From Actinomycetota bacterium (lineage in GTDB: Bacteria > Actinomycetota > Nitriliruptoria > Euzebyales > JAHELV01), in assembly GCA_019347695.1 (NCBI GenBank), contig JAHWKT010000001.1, positions 24,230 to 88,229 of the forward strand: a stretch of 64,000 nucleotides of DNA, given 5' to 3'. Shown one piece after another: positions 39,456 through 46,320 of this stretch. The notes under the pieces are model-generated. The model did not search any database, was not told the DNA's origin, and saw only the letters and a program-made list of their open reading frames with translations. Made by a program: the position numbers and the translations under genes. Every line of letters begins with the position of its first letter. The stretch's first letter is position 1.

Positions 39456-39868
39456 CCGCCCACTCCTGGCGCACAGTCAGCAATCTCGCCCTCGGATCCA
39501 GCGTATGAGCGGAGGGTCGGCGGAGACGGCCGCAGGCTTGCCGGCTGCGCTAGCACGAAGCCCTGGACTACTGCACGTAGCGGCGACGACGTTGTCGTGA
39601 TGGCTGCCTGGACGTCTGCCGTGCGTGATGCACGGTGGACGTCCGCGTAGTGGCTGCAGACCCGCAAAGGCTTGGGATGCCCTGAGCGTGACCACACATG
39701 ACCGGGTCCACCTGTGCGGCGTCCACCGCGTCGGGCCAGGTTTGTGTACGCGTACACCATTGGCGCGCCGGGCGACGTGGAGCGGTTTCTCGCCCCCAGC
39801 GAGCTGCCGCGCCTGTGCCGCCTGCTGGACGGGATCCCCGACGATGACCAGCCGGTGATGGTCGGCGG

Positions 39869-40339
39869 TCACCCGTTGACCGGCACGTCGAGCTCGGCGA
39901 GCAGATCGCGGACGTGGCGTTCGATGGTGTCGCGGACGGGGCGGACCGTGTCGACCGGCTTGCCGGCGGGGTCGTCGAGCTCCCAGTCGAGGTAGCGCTT
40001 GCCGGGGACCACGGGGCAGGCGTCGCCGCAGCCCATGGTGACGACGTCGGCGGCACCGATGATCTCGTCGGTCCAGGGGCGGGGGGACTCGCTGGCGATG
40101 TCGATGCCCACCTCGCGCATCGCCTCGACGGCGGCGGGGTTGACCTGGCTGGCGGGGTCGGACCCGCCCGAGAGGACGTCCACGCGATCGCCCGCGAGGT
40201 GACGCATCCACCCGGCCGCCATCTGTGACCGGCCGGCGTTGTGGACGCACACGAACAGCACGCTGGGGGCGTCGTCCGTGAGCCTGCCTTCGTTCTTGGC
40301 GATGGCGTGGAGCCGGTCGCCGGTGAGGCGCTCCGTCAT
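39869..40339 (-). CDS. arsC: Arsenate reductase, LMW-PTP (thioredoxin-coupled) type
   Basis: CX5R(S) loop VCVHNAGRSQMA and the downstream Cys pair GCGDACP. Confidence 0.85.
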   Translation of the reverse strand: MTERLTGDRLHAIAKNEGRLTDDAPSVLFVCVHNAGRSQMAAGWMRHLAGDRVDVLSGGSDPASQVNPAAVEAMREVGIDIASESPRPWTDEIIGAADVVTMGCGDACPVVPGKRYLDWELDDPAGKPVDTVRPVRDTIERHVRDLLAELDVPVNG

Positions 40340-40381
40340 GATGCTGCTCCTGGTCGACGTATGCGATCTCGGATCTGTTCG

Positions 40382-41014
40382 TCAGACAGTGGTCTGCGCG
40401 GCGAGTCGCTCGATGCGCTCGGCGATGCGGTCATAGGCCTGTTCGAACACGCGTCGGTCGTGACCCACGGGATCTGGGATCGACCAGTGCCGGTGGGGTG
40501 CGTCGAGGTGCGGTCCGGTCTCGCGCGTGCGATCACACACCGACACGACCAGGTCCGGGCGCGTGCCGACGTCGCTGACGTGGCTTGGCCGTGCTCCTGC
40601 CAGATCGAGACCGTGGTCGGCGGCCACGGCGATGGCGTGAGGGTGCACCCAGTCGGCGGGTCGCGTGCCCGCACTGATCGCCGCCCGCGTTGTCCGCCTC
40701 CTCCACAGTGCGGCCGCCAGCTGCGAGCGCGCGGCGTTGCGCGTGCACACGAACAGCACACACTCAGCGGCCAGCGCTGCGACCGGCTGCACGTACGGCA
40801 CCGCCGCCGGTTTGAGCGCGACGCACCGCCGTCGCCCGTCGCCCTCGGATGCGGGGCGAGAGATCAGGCCCGCCTGCTCGAGCGCGTTGAGGTGGAACGC
40901 GAGCAGGTTCGATCGCAGACCGACCGTGTCCTGCAGCTCCATCGGCGTGCAGTCGCCCTGCCAGAGCCGGTCGATGATCGCGAGCCGATGTGCGTCACCC
41001 AGCGCGCGATGCAC
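40382..41014 (-). CDS. ArsR-family HTH fused to an LMW-PTP/ArsC-like domain
   Basis: N-terminus ALGDAHRLAIIDRL...ELQDTVGLRSNLLAFHLNALEQAGLI (ArsR/SmtB). C-terminus VCTRNAARSQLAA (CX5RS) ...VSVCD. The GTG start lies 15 nt after the dedA stop. Confidence 0.75.
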   Translation of the reverse strand: MHRALGDAHRLAIIDRLWQGDCTPMELQDTVGLRSNLLAFHLNALEQAGLISRPASEGDGRRRCVALKPAAVPYVQPVAALAAECVLFVCTRNAARSQLAAALWRRRTTRAAISAGTRPADWVHPHAIAVAADHGLDLAGARPSHVSDVGTRPDLVVSVCDRTRETGPHLDAPHRHWSIPDPVGHDRRVFEQAYDRIAERIERLAAQTTV

Positions 41015-41029
41015 CTCGGCGCGACGGCC

Positions 41030-41710
41030 TCAGGTTCCGGTGACCGACATGCGATCGCGTCGGGTCCACACGAACTTGATGACCGCGCCGACCAGTAGCA
41101 CGATGACGATCAGGTTGAGCCAGTCGGAGTAGCTGCCGATCGACCGCCACTGGCTGCCCAGCACGTACCCGCCGATGACCAGGAGGGTGTTCCACAGCGC
41201 GCTGCCGACGGCGGTCAGCGCGATGAACGGTCCCAGTGGCATCTCCTGGAATCCCGCCGGCAAGGAGATCAGGCTGCGAACGCCGGGGATCAGGCGGCCG
41301 ATGAAGACCGACGAGCGGTCGTGGCGGTCGAACCAGTCCTGCGCACGGTCGAGGTCACTTGCCTCCATGAGGGGCAGCGACGTCAGCAGCGAACGCACCC
41401 GCTCGACGCCCCAGGCGCGAGCGAGCCAGTAGAGCACCAGGGCGCCGAGCGTTGATCCGATGGTCGCCGCGATCACCGCACCCACCAGGCTCAGGCGGCC
41501 GCGTCCCGCGAGGAACCCGGCCATCGGCAGGACCAGCTCGCTGGGGATCGGCGGGAAGAAGACCTCGGCCAGCGTCATCAGCCCCACACCGACCGACCCC
41601 AGTGCGCCGATGACGTCGGCGACCCACCCGATCAGCCCCGTCAGGTCGTCCGTCCCGCCACGGTTGGCCGCCAGGATCGACACGGGTACAACGCTGGAGG
41701 TCACAGGCAT
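41030..41710 (-). CDS. dedA: DedA/SNARE-associated family membrane protein
   Basis: FFPPIPSELVLPMAGFLAG...FIGRLIPGVRSLISLPAG. Confidence 0.85.
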   Translation of the reverse strand: MPVTSSVVPVSILAANRGGTDDLTGLIGWVADVIGALGSVGVGLMTLAEVFFPPIPSELVLPMAGFLAGRGRLSLVGAVIAATIGSTLGALVLYWLARAWGVERVRSLLTSLPLMEASDLDRAQDWFDRHDRSSVFIGRLIPGVRSLISLPAGFQEMPLGPFIALTAVGSALWNTLLVIGGYVLGSQWRSIGSYSDWLNLIVIVLLVGAVIKFVWTRRDRMSVTGT

Positions 41711-41796
41711 CCGCGCCGATGTACCCGGTCACACCCCACAGACACGCCAACGGTCACGGTACTGTTGCAGCGACGACCTGCGACGAGGGAGGAAGC

Positions 41797-42141
41797 GTGG
41801 CACGCCGGCGCGTGTTCTGGCTGGTCGTGCTGGCGGCGGTGCTGTTGGTCGCGCTCACCGACGTCCCCGCCGCCTATGTGTTCGCGCCACTGCTCGGCGT
41901 GGCGATCCTGTGGTTCGGTGTCGGATCGCTGCTGTCGCTGCAGCAGGGTGCGGCACACATCCCGGACGGCGACCCGTCACCGGTGGATCCTACCGCGGAG
42001 CGCACCATGTACTGGTGTGCCGGATGCGGTGCGGAGCTGCTGCTGCTCGTTCGCGGGACGGCGACACCGCCGCGGCACTGTGGAGAACGGATGCGTGAGC
42101 GCGTGGAGATCCTCCGGGAACGCCTGAGCGACGACCGATGA
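41797..42141 (+). CDS. Hypothetical two-TM protein with a C-terminal CxxC...HC zinc-ribbon-like tail
   Basis: The GTG at 41797 is preceded by GGGAGGA. VARRRVFWLVVLAAVLLVAL...YWCAGCGAELLLLVRGTATPPRHCGERM. Confidence 0.4.
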   Translation: MARRRVFWLVVLAAVLLVALTDVPAAYVFAPLLGVAILWFGVGSLLSLQQGAAHIPDGDPSPVDPTAERTMYWCAGCGAELLLLVRGTATPPRHCGERMRERVEILRERLSDDR

Positions 42142-42142
42142 G

Positions 42143-42260
42143 TGGTCCACACCTGTGGATAACCATGTGGATACCCCGATTTTCGGGGTTATCCCCACCT
42201 GTGGATGACATTGGGGAAATCTCATCTGTGGGAGTCCGCGAAGCACACGGATGTGGACGC
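42143..42260. other. DnaA-box cluster (5 strong and 2 weak boxes) plus a terminator-like hairpin in the convergent spacer beside crgA
   Basis: TGGTCCACA 42143, TGTGGATAA 42154 (perfect TTATCCACA), TGTGGATAC 42166, TTATCCCCA 42189, TGTGGATGA 42200, TGTGGGAGT 42227, TGTGGACGC 42252. Hairpin CCCCGA-TTT-TCGGGG at 42174-42188. Confidence 0.6.
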
Positions 42261-42261
42261 G

Positions 42262-42489
42262 TCAACGCCAGCGGCTCAGGGCGACCAGTCCGCCGGCCAT
42301 CATGACGAACCCGACGATCAGGTTGATGTTGCCACCCGGCAGCCCGGGGATCAGGTAGATGACGAGCAGCAGCAGCGTCCCGAGGCCGATCAGCGACAGG
42401 CCGAGCATCGGGACCCAGCGTGGGCTGCGTGGCGGCTTCGCGGGCTTGGGCGGGATGTAGGTCGAGCGTTTCGATCTGGACTTCGGCAC
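42262..42489 (-). CDS. crgA: Cell division protein CrgA
   Basis: MPKSRSKRSTYIPPKP...two TM helices...ALSRWR. Synteny with Rv0011c. Confidence 0.85.
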   Translation of the reverse strand: MPKSRSKRSTYIPPKPAKPPRSPRWVPMLGLSLIGLGTLLLLVIYLIPGLPGGNINLIVGFVMMAGGLVALSRWR

Positions 42490-42523
42490 GGCTCACTCCG
42501 TAGGTCAACGTACGACAGCTCTC

Positions 42524-43243
42524 ATGGTACGGTCTGCAGGGTTGACCTCGACCAGGACCGCAGCGGCGCGCCCTTGGAGCGCGCGCATCGTCGCCGTGCT
42601 CGGATGGGCACTGCTGATCGCCGGCGCCTGCATCCTGCTCTACCTCGTCTACGCCCTGCTGTTCACCAGCGTCGCGGCCGAACGCGCGCAGGACGAACTG
42701 CGCACGCAGTGGACCGATCGCAGCGCGCCCGAGCCGGTGGTGCCCGCCAGCGAGCCGGCAGCGGACCTGGTCGGCGAGCCCTCCGAGCCAGCGCCGCAAG
42801 AAGACGCGCCCCCCGACAGCGGCGTGGCACTGATCGAGTTCTCGCGACCGGGAGATGCCAGCACCATCGTGCACGACGAACCGTTGGTCGTCCTCGACGA
42901 CGTCTCGGTGGGCGACCTGCAGCAAGGGCCGGGCCACTATCCGGGGACGGCGCTGCCCGGCGAGCCCGGGAACTTCGCCGTCGCCGGTCACCGCACCACC
43001 TACGGGGCGCCGTTCTTTCACCTCGACGCGCTGCGTCGTGGCGACCGCGTCCTGGTGACCGATCGTCGGGGCCGTCGTCACACCTATGAAGTGGCCGAGC
43101 AGCGGGTGGTGCTGCCCAGCGACACCTGGGTGATCGGCGACGATCCGCTCAGATCCGGCCGACCGACGCTCACCCTCACGACCTGCAACCCCCGGTTTTC
43201 GGCCGCCGAACGACTGGTGGTCCACGCCGAACTGCAGTCCTGA
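42524..43243 (+). CDS. Class E sortase
   Basis: N-terminal TM helix, GHYPGTALPGEPGNFAVAGHR, LTLTTCNP (TLxTC catalytic Cys). Confidence 0.85.
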   Translation: MVRSAGLTSTRTAAARPWSARIVAVLGWALLIAGACILLYLVYALLFTSVAAERAQDELRTQWTDRSAPEPVVPASEPAADLVGEPSEPAPQEDAPPDSGVALIEFSRPGDASTIVHDEPLVVLDDVSVGDLQQGPGHYPGTALPGEPGNFAVAGHRTTYGAPFFHLDALRRGDRVLVTDRRGRRHTYEVAEQRVVLPSDTWVIGDDPLRSGRPTLTLTTCNPRFSAAERLVVHAELQS

Positions 43244-43276
43244 TCTGTCTGACCAGCTTCCTGGAGTCCGAACGAC

Positions 43277-43399
43277 GTGAGTCGAACTGTCCGCGCCGTG
43301 GTGCTCGTGATCGCCGTGCTCGTGGCGGTCGTCGTGCTGTTCACCGTCGTGTTCCCCTGGGTGGACCGGCAGTTCTTCGCCAACCCCGTGCTCGGCTAG
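43277..43399 (+). CDS. 40-aa hydrophobic peptide (hypothetical)
   Basis: VSRTVRAVVLVIAVLVAVVVLFTVVFPWVDRQFFANPVLG. Found by eye and not in the track. No clear SD. Confidence 0.3.
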   Translation: MSRTVRAVVLVIAVLVAVVVLFTVVFPWVDRQFFANPVLG

Positions 43400-43402
43400 C
43401 GC

Positions 43403-44698
43403 GTGCGACCGCCGGCCTGCGGATGGGACGATGGCGCAGCACCGTGGCTCGCGACGTACCCGGCTGGCGTGCCAACCACGTACCGGTATCCGACCGTGCC
43501 CGCGGCTCGTCTGCTCGACGATGCGGCACAGGACTTCCCCGACGTCGTCGCCATCGAGTACCGGCGCTACCGGCTGACCTACCGCAAGCTGCTGGATCAC
43601 GCTGACCGCTTCGCCACCGCGCTCGCCGATCGTGGCGTCGGCGTGGGCGATCAGATCGTCGTCGTGCTGCCGAACTGTCCGCAGCTGATCGTGGCGCTCT
43701 TCGCGATATGGCGGATCGGCGGGGCGGTAACCCTGGCCCCGCGCATCGCGCTGGCGAGCGGCACGGTCAAGCGGGCCCGGATCGTGGTGACGCTGGAGCG
43801 CTGGTACCACGCGACCGTCGCGCCGGTACGCGCCACACTGGCGCCCGACAGCGACGTCATCGTCACTGCCCGGAGCGACTACCTGCCGTTCCCGCGCAAC
43901 GTGCTGTCGGGACTTCGGCGCCGCCAGCGACGAATTCCCGAGTCCGATCGTGTGCTGCGGTTCGCCGACCTGATCCGGCGCTCCGTGCCCGCACCACGGG
44001 AGCCGTCAGCGGCCGACCGGTCCGTTGCGCTGTCGACCGACGACACACCCGTCTCGCAGCAGCAGCTGGTGGTCAACAGCTTCCAGCTCCGGCTGTGGCT
44101 GCCGGATGTCGTGGCCGGAGACGAGCGGTTCCTGCTGGCGGTGCCGCTGACGGACGCGATCGGCACCGTGTGGATGCTGACCGCGGTACTGTCGGCGTCG
44201 ACCATGGTCCTCGTCGACGAGGGACGCGCAGCACAGCGACAGCGCAGTGCCCTGCGAGCGCGCCCGACGATCCTGCCGCTCGACCACGACGTGACCGGGG
44301 ATCTGCTGCGCGCATCGTGGCGGCGCGGCAACCTGCACTCCGTGCGGATCGCGCTGTCGGTCGCGCCGCTGGACGATCACGTCCGGGCACAGCTCTCCGA
44401 GCTCACCGACAAGGGACGGATACGCACCGCATGGGGTGTCGGCGGTCTGCTCACGCACGCCGACCCCATCTACGGCCGGGCGGAGCAGGGCAGCGTCGGC
44501 CTGCCACTGCCCGATACCGAGACGGTGGTGCTGGCAGATGGAGGATCCGAACCCGCGGTCGGTGTCCGCGGCCGCTTGTGGGTGCGAGGACCGCAGCTGC
44601 ACCGGTCGGAGTGGGTGGACGCCGGCGTGGAGGCGACGCTCGACACCGACGGGTACCTGGTGGTCCACCCGACCGACGCGATCGGTCGACAGGTCTAG
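43403..44698 (+). CDS. Adenylate-forming (ANL/acyl-CoA synthetase-like) homologue, degenerate: P-loop motif missing and C-terminal subdomain absent
   Basis: N-terminal similarity (YRLTYRKLLDHADRFATALADRGVGVGDQIVVVLPNCPQLIVALFAIWRIGGAV) and the late motifs GRLWVRGPQL and DTDGYLVV are present. The expected [ST]SG[ST]TGxPKG site reads ALSTDDTPVSQQQ. Confidence 0.6.
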   Translation: MRPPACGWDDGAAPWLATYPAGVPTTYRYPTVPAARLLDDAAQDFPDVVAIEYRRYRLTYRKLLDHADRFATALADRGVGVGDQIVVVLPNCPQLIVALFAIWRIGGAVTLAPRIALASGTVKRARIVVTLERWYHATVAPVRATLAPDSDVIVTARSDYLPFPRNVLSGLRRRQRRIPESDRVLRFADLIRRSVPAPREPSAADRSVALSTDDTPVSQQQLVVNSFQLRLWLPDVVAGDERFLLAVPLTDAIGTVWMLTAVLSASTMVLVDEGRAAQRQRSALRARPTILPLDHDVTGDLLRASWRRGNLHSVRIALSVAPLDDHVRAQLSELTDKGRIRTAWGVGGLLTHADPIYGRAEQGSVGLPLPDTETVVLADGGSEPAVGVRGRLWVRGPQLHRSEWVDAGVEATLDTDGYLVVHPTDAIGRQV

Positions 44699-44699
44699 G

Positions 44700-45305
44700 A
44701 TGCGGCGCATGACGCGGCGGCGGATCTTCGTGATCGACAACTACGACAGCTTCACCTACAACCTCGTGCAGGAGCTCGGCGAGCTGGGCGCCCAGGTCGA
44801 GGTGGCGCGCAACGACATGTTCTCACTGGACGACGTGTCGGCCGCGGATCCCGACGGGATCGTGGTGTCACCTGGGCCTGGCACACCGGCCGACGCCGGC
44901 ATGTCCAACGACGTCATCGTCGCGTTCGGTGCGACGGTTCCGCTGCTCGGCGTGTGCTTGGGCCACCAGTGCATCGCGCACGTGTTCGGTGGGCGGGTGC
45001 GTCGGACCCAGCAGCTGCTCCACGGCAAGACGTCGCCGATCCACCATGACGGCAGCGGCGTGTTCTCGGGGCTTGCGAACCCGATCGTCGCCACGCGGTA
45101 CCACTCGCTGATCGTCGACGATGCGGCCCTGCCGCCGGCGCTCGAGGTGACGGCCAGAACGCCCGACGGGCTGATCATGGGCCTGCGCCATCGCGAGCTG
45201 CCCCTGGAAGGCGTGCAGTTCCACCCCGAATCCATCCTGACGACCTCGGGCATGGATCTGCTGCGAAACTTCGTACGTCGCTGCGCGCCGGTCGGCGTTG
45301 GCTGA
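44700..45305 (+). CDS. trpG: Anthranilate / aminodeoxychorismate synthase component II (glutamine amidotransferase)
   Basis: IFVIDNYDSFTYNLVQ, GVCLGHQ (catalytic Cys) and FHPES. An alternative ATG is at 44709. Confidence 0.9.
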   Translation: MRRMTRRRIFVIDNYDSFTYNLVQELGELGAQVEVARNDMFSLDDVSAADPDGIVVSPGPGTPADAGMSNDVIVAFGATVPLLGVCLGHQCIAHVFGGRVRRTQQLLHGKTSPIHHDGSGVFSGLANPIVATRYHSLIVDDAALPPALEVTARTPDGLIMGLRHRELPLEGVQFHPESILTTSGMDLLRNFVRRCAPVGVG

Positions 45306-46320
45306 CATCGACGTCGTGATCGTCGGCGCGGGTCTGGCCGGCCTGGTCGCCGCGCGCGAGTTGACCGCCGCCGGCGCGCGGGTGCGGCTGCTCGACAAGG
45401 GTGTGGGACCGGGTGGACGCCTCGCGACACACAGGATCGACGACGCCACACTCGACCACGGCGCGCAGTTCTTCACGGTCCGCAGTGACGAGTTCGACGA
45501 CCTGGTCGAACACTGGCGTGCGGACGGGGCCTCGGTCGAACGGTGGAGCACCGGGTTCGCGCAGGCGACCGACGTGCGCGCCGGTCCACCTGGCGTCACG
45601 TCGACGGCGGGCGACGGTCATCCACGCTACGTCGTGACCGGCGGCATGGAGACCCTGGCCAAGACGCTCGCGCGCGGGCTCGACGTCGTCGTCGACACCT
45701 GTGTGACCGCGATCTGGGCCCGGGACGGGCGGTGGCGCGTGGCGGCCACGGGCGTGCAGGGGATGCGCACGTACGACGCGGCGGCGGTGCTGTGCACGGC
45801 CCCGGTCCCGCAGGCGCTGGCGTTGCTCGACCGCGGCGCCACCGTGCTGCCCCCGGATGCCGAGGCGAGCCTACGCGCGCTTGCCTACGACCCATGTCTG
45901 GCGCTGCTCGCAGTCGTGGATCGCGATCCCGAGCTCCCAACGCCGGGCGGGGTGCAGTTCGCGGAGGGGCCGGTGCGCTGGCTGGCCGACAACGCCCGCA
46001 AGGGTGTCTCAGCGGTGCCGGCGGTCACCCTGCACGCTGCCGGCGACTGGTCGGCCACCTGGTACGAGGCCGCCGACCGGGTGGTGGGCGTAACCCTGTA
46101 CGCCTGGCTGGCGCCGTGGCTCGGCCCGGCGAGCGTGCGTACGTGGCAGGTCAAGCGCTGGCGCTACTCGCAGCCGCGCAACCCCGCCGACGAACACGTG
46201 GTACGGACAGACGTCGACGAGCTGCCGATCGCCTTCGCCGGTGATGCGTTCGGGCACGCGCGGGTCGAGGGTGCGGCGCGCAGCGGGCTCGCCGCGGCGG
46301 CCGCACTCGTCCGCGGCTGA
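45298..46320 (+). CDS. NAD(P)/FAD-dependent oxidoreductase (renalase/amine-oxidase-like)
   Basis: Dinucleotide fold DVVIVGAGLAGLVAARELTAAGARVRLLDKG.GPGGR. The TTG start overlaps the trpG stop. Confidence 0.7.
   Translation: MADIDVVIVGAGLAGLVAARELTAAGARVRLLDKGVGPGGRLATHRIDDATLDHGAQFFTVRSDEFDDLVEHWRADGASVERWSTGFAQATDVRAGPPGVTSTAGDGHPRYVVTGGMETLAKTLARGLDVVVDTCVTAIWARDGRWRVAATGVQGMRTYDAAAVLCTAPVPQALALLDRGATVLPPDAEASLRALAYDPCLALLAVVDRDPELPTPGGVQFAEGPVRWLADNARKGVSAVPAVTLHAAGDWSATWYEAADRVVGVTLYAWLAPWLGPASVRTWQVKRWRYSQPRNPADEHVVRTDVDELPIAFAGDAFGHARVEGAARSGLAAAAALVRG

Noticed and set aside
39606-39640. The GGACGTC...GTGGACGT motif seen both here and at about 57069-57095, considered as a shared regulator site.
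   Set aside because: The half-site is short and GC-rich, the spacings differ, and only two loci are involved. This is insufficient to distinguish from chance.
39452-39712. A possible att site: the tRNA-Ala 3' end GGGTCCACC recurs at about 39701-39709.
   Set aside because: The identity covers only 9 nt, which is expected by chance in GC-rich DNA. No integrase or excisionase is present and there is no second tRNA fragment.
39869-42141. The ars/dedA block considered as a horizontally acquired genomic island.
   Set aside because: No mobility genes are present, there are no flanking direct repeats, and no obvious GC or codon deviation is visible by eye. I report it only as a break in synteny.
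42490-42553. The inverted repeat AGGTCAAC...GTTGACCT around the crgA/sortase divergent starts, considered as a further copy of the gyrA/pheA repeat family.
   Set aside because: It shares only the AGGTCA-like arm and lacks the AGTAGCG..AGCGGT core. It is probably a local operator or chance.
41990-43810. 606-aa minus-strand ORF spanning the crgA / sortase / ligase-like region.
   Set aside because: It overlaps several well-supported genes on both strands and crosses intergenic regions. It shows no motifs and is a high-GC artefact.
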